This document shows, piece after piece, positions 30,241 through 39,203 of a stretch of DNA of 64,000 bases. The notes beneath the pieces are model-generated. The model made no database searches. It saw only the letters and a list, made by a program, of their open reading frames with translations, and had not been told where the DNA came from. Source of the DNA: an uncultured Anaerolineaceae bacterium (GTDB lineage Bacteria; Chloroflexota; Limnocylindria; Limnocylindrales; CSP1-4). The DNA lies in the NCBI GenBank assembly GCA_964483405.1, contig CAZABC010000002.1, positions 108,355 through 172,354 on the forward strand, in the 5' to 3' direction. Made by a program: the position numbers and the translations under genes. Within the stretch, counting starts at the first letter, position 1, and each line of letters opens with the position of its first letter.

Positions 30241-31799
30241 GCACGACCGCCGCACCCACCACCACCACTACCACCGACCCGGCCGGCCGCCGGCCGTCGG
30301 CGAGCGCGTCGCGCCCGCGGGCCGTCGTCGTCGGCTCGGGGATCGGCGGCCTCGCCGTCGCCATCCGCCTCCTCGCCGACGGTCACGACGTGACCGTCCT
30401 CGAGGCCCGCGCCACGGTCGGCGGCCGGGCGTCGCGGATCCGCGACGCCGGCTTCACCTGGGACACCGGCCCCTCGCTCATCACGATGCCGTGGCTCTTC
30501 GACGAGCTCTTCGCCCTCGGCGGCAGCCGCTTCCGCGACGAGGTGGTCCTGCACGAGCTCATGCCCGGCTACCGGATCCACTGGACCGACGTGGACGGTC
30601 GCGTCCAGCCCCGACACGTCGACTTCTCGAGCGACGTCGACATCCTCCGGTCGGAGGTGGCGAAGTTCTCGACGGTCGACGCGGGCCGGCTCGACGACTT
30701 CCTCGCGGCGAGCAAGCGGATCCACGAGGAGGGTGTCCTCGTCGCCGGCCGGAAGCCGTTCCTCCGGCTGACCGACTTCGTCGGCCTCGTCCCCCGGATG
30801 GTCGGGATGAACGCGATCCGGAGTCTCGACGCGTTCGTCGGGAGCTACTTCAAGGACCCCCGGGTCCGCCAGGTCTTCGACTTCCACTCGCTCTTCATCG
30901 GCGGCGACCCGCGGCGGGTCCCGGGGATCTACGCGGCGCTCGTCTACCTCCAGGTCGCCGACGGCATCTGGTACTCCGAGGGCGGTGTCTACAGCGTCAT
31001 CGAGGCGATGGCCCGGATCATCGAGCGGGGCGGCGGCCGGATCGTGACCGGGGCGCCGGTCGAGCGGATCGTCCATCGCGGCGGGCGGGCCGTCGCCGTC
31101 CGGACCGCGTCCGGCGACGAGATCCCGGCCGACGTCGTCGTGAGCAACACCGATGTGACGGCCCGGCCGCACCTCCTGCCCGACGCGCCCGAGCCGCTGC
31201 CGTGGCGGGCCCGCCGCTTCCGGACGACGATGAGCGCCTTCCTGCTCTACCTCGGGACGAGCCGGCGGTTCCCGCAGCTCCTCCACCACACGCTCATCGT
31301 CGGGTCCGACTACCACGGCTTCATCCGCCAGGTCACCCGCGAGCGGCGGCTCCCCGAGTCCCTCAGCTTCTACATCCACGCCCCCGCCAGGACCGAGCCC
31401 GGGATGGCGATCCCCGGCGGCGACGCGCTGACCGTCCTCCTGCCGGTCCCGAACCTCGACGCGGACGTCGACTGGGACGAGGCGGGCCCGGCCCTCCGCG
31501 ACCGCGTCGTCGACGCGCTCGAGACCTTCGGGATGGCGGGTCTCCGCGACTCGATCGTCGCCGAGCACGCCTGGACGCCGCGCACGTTCCGCGACGAGCT
31601 CGGTGCGCCCGACGGCAACGCCTTCGCGATCGAGCCGGCGCTCCACCAGTCGGCGTACTTCCGCCAGCCGAACCGGGACCGCGCGGTCGCGGGGCTGTAC
31701 TGGGTCGGTGGTGGGACGCACCCGGGCGCGGGGATGCCGGGGACGCTGATGACGGCCGAGGTGACGGCCGGCCTCGTCCGCGCGGCCGCCGGTCGCTGA
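30237..31799 (+). CDS. crtI: Phytoene desaturase
   Basis: VVGSGIGGLA, GFTWDTGPS, MSAFLLYLG, YWVGGGTHPGAGMPG. The real start is the ATG at 30237, not the track's 28251. Confidence 0.93.
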   Translation: MSTTAAPTTTTTTDPAGRRPSASASRPRAVVVGSGIGGLAVAIRLLADGHDVTVLEARATVGGRASRIRDAGFTWDTGPSLITMPWLFDELFALGGSRFRDEVVLHELMPGYRIHWTDVDGRVQPRHVDFSSDVDILRSEVAKFSTVDAGRLDDFLAASKRIHEEGVLVAGRKPFLRLTDFVGLVPRMVGMNAIRSLDAFVGSYFKDPRVRQVFDFHSLFIGGDPRRVPGIYAALVYLQVADGIWYSEGGVYSVIEAMARIIERGGGRIVTGAPVERIVHRGGRAVAVRTASGDEIPADVVVSNTDVTARPHLLPDAPEPLPWRARRFRTTMSAFLLYLGTSRRFPQLLHHTLIVGSDYHGFIRQVTRERRLPESLSFYIHAPARTEPGMAIPGGDALTVLLPVPNLDADVDWDEAGPALRDRVVDALETFGMAGLRDSIVAEHAWTPRTFRDELGAPDGNAFAIEPALHQSAYFRQPNRDRAVAGLYWVGGGTHPGAGMPGTLMTAEVTAGLVRAAAGR

Positions 31800-31806
31800 G
31801 GCGCGG

Positions 31807-32703
31807 ATGGCGGCGGACCCGGCGCGCCCGTCGTCGAGGGACCCCGCGGTCGAGGCGCTGCTGCCGGAGGCCCGGCGGACGATCGAGCGGGTCGCCCGGA
31901 CGTTCGCCATCGCCGCCCGGCTCCTGCCACGATCGGTCCGCGAGGACGTCGACCTCCTGTACCTCGTCCTCCGCGGCCTCGACGACCTCGTCGATCTCGA
32001 GGCCGAGCGGCCCAACGACCCGGCCGCCGCGGCGCGGCTCGCCGCGGTCGAGGCGTGGGCGGCCGGAGCGCCGCTCCCCGACGGCCCGACGCGCGAGACG
32101 AGGGTCCTCGCCGAGCTCGCCCGGCGACACCCCGCGCTGCCGCGCGACGCGGTGGCCGACTTCACGGCCGGGATGCGCCAGGACCTCGCCGGGACGGTCA
32201 TCGAGACCGAGGCGGACCTCGACACGTACGCCTACCGGGTCGCCGGGACGGTCGGCCGGCTGATGGCGGCGATCCTCGGGGCCGAAGGGCCCGAGGCCGA
32301 CGCCGCCGCCCGCGCGCTCGGGATCGCGATGCAGCGGACGAACATCCTCCGTGACGTCGACGAGGACCTTGCCCGGGGTCGCTGCTACCTGCCGACCGAG
32401 ACGCTGCGGGCCCACGGGATCACCTCGCCAGACGAGCTCCGGACCGCCGACCGGCGGACCCTCCTGCGCGACGGGATCGCCAGGGCCGACGCCGCGTACG
32501 ACGCGGGGCTGCGGGGCATCGTCCATCTCCGCCACGGCCGTCGCTCGATCGCCGCGGCCGGTCGGATGTACCGCGAGATCCTCCGCCAGATCGAGCGGGA
32601 CGGGCTCGGTGCCCGGCGCCCGCACCGCGCCGCCGTCGCCCGCTGGCGCAAGGTCGCGCTCATCCTCGGGGCGATGGTCGCCCCCACCGCGGGCGACCGA
32701 TGA
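31807..32703 (+). CDS. crtB: Phytoene synthase
   Basis: TFAIAARLLP, LDDLVD, YAYRVAGTVG, LGIAMQRTNILRDVDED, GRCYLP. Confidence 0.93.
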   Translation: MAADPARPSSRDPAVEALLPEARRTIERVARTFAIAARLLPRSVREDVDLLYLVLRGLDDLVDLEAERPNDPAAAARLAAVEAWAAGAPLPDGPTRETRVLAELARRHPALPRDAVADFTAGMRQDLAGTVIETEADLDTYAYRVAGTVGRLMAAILGAEGPEADAAARALGIAMQRTNILRDVDEDLARGRCYLPTETLRAHGITSPDELRTADRRTLLRDGIARADAAYDAGLRGIVHLRHGRRSIAAAGRMYREILRQIERDGLGARRPHRAAVARWRKVALILGAMVAPTAGDR

Positions 32704-33338
32704 TCCCCGACCCGGCGAGCGCCGGGGTCCCCGACATCGGTCTCCCGGCGACCATCGCCCTGCTCGCCATCGGCTGGCTCGTCGGATCGTTCCCGAGCGC
32801 GATCGTCGTCGGGCGGGCCCGCGGGTTCGACGTCACCAGGGACGGCGACGGCAACCCCGGCTCGGCGAACGTCTGGAAGCTCGCCGGGCCAGCCGCCGGG
32901 ACGACGGTCTTCCTGCTCGACATCGCCAAGGTGGTCCTGCCTGGGCTGGCCGGCTGGGTCGTCGCCGGATGGTGGGGCGCCTGGGCCGGCGCGATCGGGG
33001 CGGTCCTCGGGGCGATGCGACCGGCGTGGCCGGCCTGGCCGGGCGGGCGGGGCGTCAACGCCGGCGCGGGCGCCGCGATCGTCCTCGCTCCGACGGCCGC
33101 GGCGCTCGGCGTCGTCGCGTTCGCGGCGACGTACCTGGTCGCCCGGAGCCGAGTGGCGGCCGTCAGCGCCGGCTTCGTCGCCTACCCGATCGCGCTCGTC
33201 GCGCTGACCGTCCGCGAGCCCGACGACATGTGGCCGATCGCCGGGATCGGCGTGCTCTACCTGCTCCTCGTCGCCCGCTACGTCGCGACCGACCGCGCCC
33301 GCCGCGGCCGACCCGGGGGTGCGCCGCCCGGGCCCTGA
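32700..33338 (+). CDS. PlsY (DUF205)-like membrane acyltransferase, atypical active site, encoded in the carotenoid operon
   Basis: GSFPSA, GDGNPGSAN, DIAK, GGRGV; ATGA overlap with crtB. Confidence 0.75.
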   Translation: MIPDPASAGVPDIGLPATIALLAIGWLVGSFPSAIVVGRARGFDVTRDGDGNPGSANVWKLAGPAAGTTVFLLDIAKVVLPGLAGWVVAGWWGAWAGAIGAVLGAMRPAWPAWPGGRGVNAGAGAAIVLAPTAAALGVVAFAATYLVARSRVAAVSAGFVAYPIALVALTVREPDDMWPIAGIGVLYLLLVARYVATDRARRGRPGGAPPGP

Positions 33339-33341
33339 CGC

Positions 33342-35018
33342 TCAGGCCGGGGTCCGGACCCAGCGCGGCAGCTCGCGGGCGAGCGTCGCGAGCGGCAGCG
33401 AACCGTGCCCGAGCACCTCGTCGTGGAAGCTCCGCAGGTCGAAGGCGGCTCCATCGCGCTCGGCGATCTCGCGCCGGAGCCGCTCGATCTCGAGCTGCCC
33501 GAGGCGGTAGCTGAGCGCCTGGCCCGGCCAGGTCAGGTAGCGGTCGGTCTCGATGAGCGCGTCCGTCTCGGTCAGCCCGACCGAGAGGAGGAAGTCGATC
33601 GACTGCTGGCGCGTCCAGCGCAGGGCGTGCATCCCCGTGTCGACGACGAGTCGCGCCGCCCGCCAGGCCTGGGCGGTCAGCATCCCGAACCGCTCCTGGT
33701 CGTTGCGGAACAGCCCGAGCTCGTCGGCGAGCCGCTCGGAGTAGAGGCCCCAGCCCTCGACGTAGGCGCCGCCCGCCGCTCGCGAGCCGAGCCGGCGGAA
33801 CGTCGAGAGCTCGTCGTTCTCGGTCTCGAGCGCGATCTGGAAGTGGTGGCCGGGGACCGCCTCGTGATAGGTCGTGGTCGCGAGCGTCGAGAACATCCGC
33901 GAGGGCAGGTCGTAGGTGTTCGCGTAGTAGATCCCCGCCCGACTGCCGTCGGGGGCCGGCGGGAAGTAGTAGGCGAAGGGGCTGTCCTTCTCCTTGAAAG
34001 CCTCGACGGCCCGGACCTCGCAGCCTGACCGGGGCAGCCGGCCGAAGATCCTGGGCGCGACCTCCATCGCTCGCTGAATGTCCTCGCGGGCGCGCTGGAG
34101 GAGTGCCTCCGCCGTCGCCGCGTGGTTCGCCGGATCGGCGACCAGCGTCTCGCGGTAGGCCATGATGTCGTCGCCGAAGCCGGCCGCGCGGCTGATCGCG
34201 CGCTGCTCCTCCTGGATCGAGGCCACGCCGTCGAGACCGATCCGGTGGACCTCCGCCGGGTCGATGTCGAGCGTCGTCCAGACGAGGGCCTGGGTCCGGT
34301 AGAGCGCATCGCCGTCCGGGGCGGACCACAGGCCCGGCTCCTCGCGGCTCGCCGGGAGATAGGCCCGGACCGCCTCGAGGAAGGCGGCGTCGGCCGGGTA
34401 GACGACGTCCCGGACCGCGTCGCGGATCCGCCCGCGATCCGCCTCGGATGCGCCGGTGACCGCGGCCGGGATGACCGCCGCCTCGATCGGGATCGCGAGG
34501 AGTCGCTCGAGCTGGGCGACCGTCCGCTCGGCGGTGATCCGGGGCACGGTCAGCCCGCGCGCGGCGCCCTCGCGGACCAGCTCGGCGTTCGCCGCCATGT
34601 AGGGCCCGTACGCGTGGATCCGGGCGAGCAGCCGCTCGACGCGCTCGGGGGTGTCGGCCTTCTGGAAGACGGCGATCTGGGCGAGGACCGTCTGGGGCCC
34701 GGCCATGTGGTCGACGACGCGAAGCAGGTCCACCCGCTGGTCGTCCTGCTCGATCGCGAGCTCGCAGATGACCCGGAGGATGTCGCGCGTGATCCGGTCC
34801 TCGAGGTCGAGCCCCTCCTCGGGGATCGCCATCGCCTCGGCGAGGGTCGACACGGCGAGGGCCCGGGCGGCGGCCCGGCCGACCTCCGAAGGGTCCTCCA
34901 GCCGGTCGTCGTAGCGCTCGTCGCCGTACACCGTCGCGGTCGTCGGGTTGAGCGCGAGCGTCGCCTCCCAGAACCGGTCGGCGAGCTGGTTGACGGGCGT
35001 GGTCGGGTCGAACGGCAC
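33342..35018 (-). CDS. DUF885 family protein (metallopeptidase-like)
   Basis: YHEAVPGHHFQ, YVEGWGLYSE, RAARLVVDTGMH, EIDRY-like ETDRY, PGQALSY. Confidence 0.9.
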   Translation of the reverse strand: MPFDPTTPVNQLADRFWEATLALNPTTATVYGDERYDDRLEDPSEVGRAAARALAVSTLAEAMAIPEEGLDLEDRITRDILRVICELAIEQDDQRVDLLRVVDHMAGPQTVLAQIAVFQKADTPERVERLLARIHAYGPYMAANAELVREGAARGLTVPRITAERTVAQLERLLAIPIEAAVIPAAVTGASEADRGRIRDAVRDVVYPADAAFLEAVRAYLPASREEPGLWSAPDGDALYRTQALVWTTLDIDPAEVHRIGLDGVASIQEEQRAISRAAGFGDDIMAYRETLVADPANHAATAEALLQRAREDIQRAMEVAPRIFGRLPRSGCEVRAVEAFKEKDSPFAYYFPPAPDGSRAGIYYANTYDLPSRMFSTLATTTYHEAVPGHHFQIALETENDELSTFRRLGSRAAGGAYVEGWGLYSERLADELGLFRNDQERFGMLTAQAWRAARLVVDTGMHALRWTRQQSIDFLLSVGLTETDALIETDRYLTWPGQALSYRLGQLEIERLRREIAERDGAAFDLRSFHDEVLGHGSLPLATLARELPRWVRTPA

Positions 35019-35118
35019 GGTCGGATCTCCGGATCGGGGGTCGGCGCGGGTCGGCGGCGGTCGCAGGGACGGGACGACGTCGAGGTCAGGATAGCCTCTC
35101 GGGCCGACCGGACGGTCG

Positions 35119-38043
35119 TCAGCCGCCGAACATCGGCAGCTGTTCGCCGCCCCGCTCGACGATCGGGTCGAGCCCGAGGAAGGGCTCGAGGCCGTCGAGC
35201 ATCGGCGCTTCCGCGCCGGCGAAGGTCCGGAGGTGGCTCCACTTGAGGAGATGCCAGTTGTCATCGACGAGCGCCGCGCGCAGGAGCGGCGACCGCTCGA
35301 GCTTGTGCCGGATCAGCTCGGTCCGCTCGGGCGCGACGACGAGGAAGCGGACGGTGCCGTCGTCGCCGGGGATCCGGGCGTGGCGGCGGAGGATCGGCTC
35401 GGCGAGCATCGCCGTCCAGAGGACCTCGAGGTAGATCGTCGCTCGGCCCCGGACGTACCAGATCGCGTCGACGTCGGCCAGCGCGTCGGCCGGCGCGCGG
35501 GCGACGAGCGGCAGGTGGACGCTCCGCTCGCGGGCCTCGAGGTGGTCGGCGAGGCGGTGACCGGCGACCGGCCGGTCGAGCTCGCGCTCGGCGATCGCGA
35601 CCCGGAAGCCCATCCGGTGCCCGAGGTCGGCGAGCAGCGCGAGGATCGCGGTCCGCTCGGCCGTCCGGCGCAGGAGGTCGTCGCCGGTGACGAGCCCGTC
35701 GGGCGTCGAGGCGAGGCCACGGTAGCTCTCGAGGCAGGCCCGGACGAGACCCTCGTCGGGGAGATCGTGGCCCGGGAACAGCCCGGCGATCCGCTCGGCG
35801 AAGGCCGCCTCGGAGAGCGGCCCAGCGGTCGACAGGAGCGAGAAGACCGCCCACTCCACGCGATCGGACAGCGGGACGGCGGCCGCCTCCCGGTCCGTCG
35901 GGTCGGCCAGCCACCAGCGGCCCGGCTCGATCTCGACGATCCGGCGCTGCGTCGGCCGGGCAAGCTCGGCGCCGATGAGGTCGATGAGGCGCTCGACGTT
36001 GCCGGCCGCGACGACCTCCTCGCGCGGCCGGCGGTCCCACAGCCCGGGCATCGTCGCGATCGACGCGCCCGGCTCTGCCGATCCCGGCGCGTCAGGAGTC
36101 TCCGGTCCCGGCGCGTCCGTCGAAGCGGGCACATCCGGCGACGCCGCGGCGCGGGGCGACCGGGCGCGGGGATCGCCCGACCGGGGCGATGGCCTCGGCT
36201 CGGGGCCGGAGGGCGACCCGGCAGCGGCGCGACCCGCGTCGTCGGGTGCGGCTCCGGGCGTGGGGGCCACGGGCGTGGGGGCATCGGCCGTCGCCCCGTC
36301 GTCGGACGCGCCGTCGGACGCGCCGCCCGCGACGAGCCGGCGAAGATGGCCAGCGCGGTCCAGCCCGACGAGGATCTCGCCGAGGAGCCGCTCGGTCCGG
36401 GCCGGCTCGCCGCGGGCCTTGAGCACTTCGACCGCCGACTCGGTGATCGTCCGGGCGGCCTCGGCTGCCGCGAACGGCCGCGCCTCGAACCGCTCAGCCG
36501 GTGCGAACAGCGAGCCGCTCGGGATCGACTCCGGATCCCCGCGGCCGCCCGGGACCGGCGGGAGCGACACGTTCGCCCGGGTCCGGGGACCGGGCGGCAG
36601 GGCAGCACCCGGCGGGACGAGCTCGACGGTCGCGACCGTCTCGCCGGACTCCGCGAGCCGCGCCCCGGTGACCCGGAAGCCCGCGCCGACCGCCCCGAGG
36701 ACCGCGGCGATGATCGGCTCGGGACCGCTCGGGTCGCACAGGAAGACGACGCGGCCGTCACGGGTCAGCATCGGCTCGACCGACCCGAGCGCGCGGCCGA
36801 TGGCGGCGGACTGCCAGCCCCACGGGACGCGGAACGGCCCGGCGGTCAGCGCGTCGAGCGGCAGGAGCGCGGCGGCCTCCCGGCCGAGGACCCAGGCGGT
36901 CCCGAGGTAGGCGAAGGCGAGCCGTTCCGCCGTCGGCCGGACCGGTGGCTGGGCGAGGACCAGCCGGACCCCGGCGCCAGGGCGGGCTCGGGCGGCGTCG
37001 CGGGCCTCGGCGGCGAGCGAGCGCTGCGCCGACGCGGTCCCGATCCGCATGGAGACCGTCGCCGTGCCGTCGACGAGCGATCGGAGGTCCATCCCGACCC
37101 GGGCCTGCAGCTGGCTGCCCGGACCACCCTCGAGCCGCTGGAGGAAGGCTCGGACGGCCCGGTAGCCGTCCTCGAACGCGAGCCACGGGTTCCGCTCCCG
37201 CCAGGCGCCCGACGGCAGGCGGACCCGGCCGCCGACGATGCGGAGCTGGGCGGTCCGGCCGGGGGCGACGAGCAGCCGACCCGAGGGCAGGATCGCGTGG
37301 AGGAGGGCGAGCCGCAGGGCGGCCTGCACGTTCGCCGCACGGAGGTCCCCTTCGAGTCGCTCGAGGATCGCTGCCAGCCCGAGCAGCTGCCGCGGCGTGT
37401 GGAGGTCGAGCAGCTCGTCGACGAGACCGGGTGCGGCGTCGGGCACCGGGAAGCGATCGGCGACGGCCCGGCGCATCGACTCGAAGTCCTCGCCCGTGTC
37501 GTCGGCCGCCCGCGCGAGGTCGGCGTCGTCGAGCGGGGCGTGACGGTCCTCGCTGCCGCCGCGCTGGGCGCGGCACGCCGAGCAGCGGTAATGCCGGGTC
37601 GTCGGCCGGACGACACCGTCCGGTCCGGGGCTCCAGCCGATCTCGTCGATCACGAGCGGGCGCTCGCAGGTCGCGCAGCGCGTCGCGAACCGGTCGCAGA
37701 TCCAGAGCTTGAGGCTCGTCTCGCGGCGCGGGGCGCCGGCCAGCGACTGGAACGCCGCGTCGAGGTGGCGGAGGTCGGGCGGCCGCAGGACGACCTCGGC
37801 GAGCAGCCGGTCGAGCGGGCTCGATTCGAGGGTGATCGCCCGCCGTTGCCGATCGACGGCGGCCCGGGCGATCCAGCCGCCGCGGCCATGGAGGTCGAGG
37901 ACGACGTCGCCGGGGGCCGAGAGCGCCTCGAGCCGGGCGACGACGACCGCCGGCGGGGGCGGCGGACTGAGCCGCTCGAACGCGGGCAGGGCGAGGCCCG
38001 GCTCGTCCCGGGCGAGGAGGGCGCGGCCGACCATCGCCCCCAT
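35119..38043 (-). CDS. Large DNA-methyltransferase-fold protein with Zn ribbon, winged-helix region and C-terminal restriction-endonuclease-like domain; catalytic motifs degenerate
   Basis: VVLDLHGRGG (motif I-like), CATC...CSAC, LVLAQPP (DPPY-like position), C-terminal DVDAIWY...LEVLW. Start is 38043 or 38034. Confidence 0.6.
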   Translation of the reverse strand: MGAMVGRALLARDEPGLALPAFERLSPPPPPAVVVARLEALSAPGDVVLDLHGRGGWIARAAVDRQRRAITLESSPLDRLLAEVVLRPPDLRHLDAAFQSLAGAPRRETSLKLWICDRFATRCATCERPLVIDEIGWSPGPDGVVRPTTRHYRCSACRAQRGGSEDRHAPLDDADLARAADDTGEDFESMRRAVADRFPVPDAAPGLVDELLDLHTPRQLLGLAAILERLEGDLRAANVQAALRLALLHAILPSGRLLVAPGRTAQLRIVGGRVRLPSGAWRERNPWLAFEDGYRAVRAFLQRLEGGPGSQLQARVGMDLRSLVDGTATVSMRIGTASAQRSLAAEARDAARARPGAGVRLVLAQPPVRPTAERLAFAYLGTAWVLGREAAALLPLDALTAGPFRVPWGWQSAAIGRALGSVEPMLTRDGRVVFLCDPSGPEPIIAAVLGAVGAGFRVTGARLAESGETVATVELVPPGAALPPGPRTRANVSLPPVPGGRGDPESIPSGSLFAPAERFEARPFAAAEAARTITESAVEVLKARGEPARTERLLGEILVGLDRAGHLRRLVAGGASDGASDDGATADAPTPVAPTPGAAPDDAGRAAAGSPSGPEPRPSPRSGDPRARSPRAAASPDVPASTDAPGPETPDAPGSAEPGASIATMPGLWDRRPREEVVAAGNVERLIDLIGAELARPTQRRIVEIEPGRWWLADPTDREAAAVPLSDRVEWAVFSLLSTAGPLSEAAFAERIAGLFPGHDLPDEGLVRACLESYRGLASTPDGLVTGDDLLRRTAERTAILALLADLGHRMGFRVAIAERELDRPVAGHRLADHLEARERSVHLPLVARAPADALADVDAIWYVRGRATIYLEVLWTAMLAEPILRRHARIPGDDGTVRFLVVAPERTELIRHKLERSPLLRAALVDDNWHLLKWSHLRTFAGAEAPMLDGLEPFLGLDPIVERGGEQLPMFGG

Positions 38044-38146
38044 CGTGCCACAGGGCGGCCGGCCCGACACCGGGGCGGCGAGTACCATCGCCACGGTCGG
38101 CGCTCCCGGGCCGGACGCGCCGCGCAGGTACGACGGAGGTACGAAG

Positions 38147-39199
38147 GTGACCGACGACCGGCGGCCGCGCGATGGTCGAGCCACCTGGGCGGCCGTCCGG
38201 GAGGCCGTCGCCCGGGCGGTCGTCGGCGGCGACTCGGCGCTCCGGCTCGTCCTCGTCGCGGTCCTCGCCGACGGCCACGCGCTCATCGAGGACGTGCCCG
38301 GCATCGGCAAGACGCTCCTCGCCCGGGCCGTCGCCCGGGCGCTCGGGATCCGGACCGCCCGGATCCAGGGCACGCCGGACCTCCTCCCGGTCGACGTCAC
38401 CGGTGGCTCGATCCTCGAGGGAGGCTCCCTCCGGTTCGTCGAGGGCCCGGTCTTCACGAACCTCCTCCTCGTCGACGAGATCAACCGGGCCACCCCGCGG
38501 ACGCAGTCCGCGCTGCTCGAGGCGATGCAGGAGCGTCAGGTGTCCGTCGAGGGTGTCACCCGGCTCCTGCCCGACCCGTTCCTCGTCCTGGCGACCCAGA
38601 ACCCGGTCGAGTACGAGGGGACCTTCGCCCTGCCCGAGGCCCAGCTGGACCGGTTCCTGCTCCGCATCCGGCTGGGCTACCCCGACGCCGCGGGCGAGCG
38701 GGCGATCGCCCGGCGCTACCGCGAGGTCGCGGAGCCGCTCGAGCTCGTCCCGGCGGTCCTCGACGGCCCGACGATCGTCGGGCTCCGCGAGCAGGTCCGG
38801 GGGATCCACGTCGCCGATGAGGTCGAGGGCTACGTGGTGGCCCTGACGGCGGCGACGCGCGAGCACCCGCAGCTCTCGCTCGGCGCGAGCCCGCGGGCGA
38901 CCGTCGCGCTCTACCGCGCGGCCCAGGCGTGGGCGTTCCTCGACGGGCGCGACTTCGTCCGACCCGACGACGTGAAGGCGATGACCCCCGCGGTCCTCCC
39001 CCACCGGCTCGTCGTCGATCTCGACCAGGGGCTCCGTGGCGCGACGGCGGACGGGATCGTGGCCGGGCTCCTCGCCTCGGTCCCCGCGCCGCCGGGACCC
39101 GACGCGGCCGGCAACGGTGCGGACCAGGCCGCGGTGACGGCCCCGTCGGCGGTCGCCCCGCCCGGCACGGAGCGATACCGGCGCCCGGACCCCGCGTGA
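38147..39199 (+). CDS. MoxR family AAA+ ATPase
   Basis: GHALIEDVPGIGKT, DLLPVDVTG, LLVDEINRATPRTQSALLEAMQE, ATQNPVE, GASPRA. GGAGGT RBS. Confidence 0.93.
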   Translation: MTDDRRPRDGRATWAAVREAVARAVVGGDSALRLVLVAVLADGHALIEDVPGIGKTLLARAVARALGIRTARIQGTPDLLPVDVTGGSILEGGSLRFVEGPVFTNLLLVDEINRATPRTQSALLEAMQERQVSVEGVTRLLPDPFLVLATQNPVEYEGTFALPEAQLDRFLLRIRLGYPDAAGERAIARRYREVAEPLELVPAVLDGPTIVGLREQVRGIHVADEVEGYVVALTAATREHPQLSLGASPRATVALYRAAQAWAFLDGRDFVRPDDVKAMTPAVLPHRLVVDLDQGLRGATADGIVAGLLASVPAPPGPDAAGNGADQAAVTAPSAVAPPGTERYRRPDPA

Positions 39200-39203
39200 C
39201 GCG

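Noticed and set aside
32700-33338. Housekeeping plsY assignment
   Set aside because: The conserved histidines are missing and the gene is embedded in the carotenoid operon.
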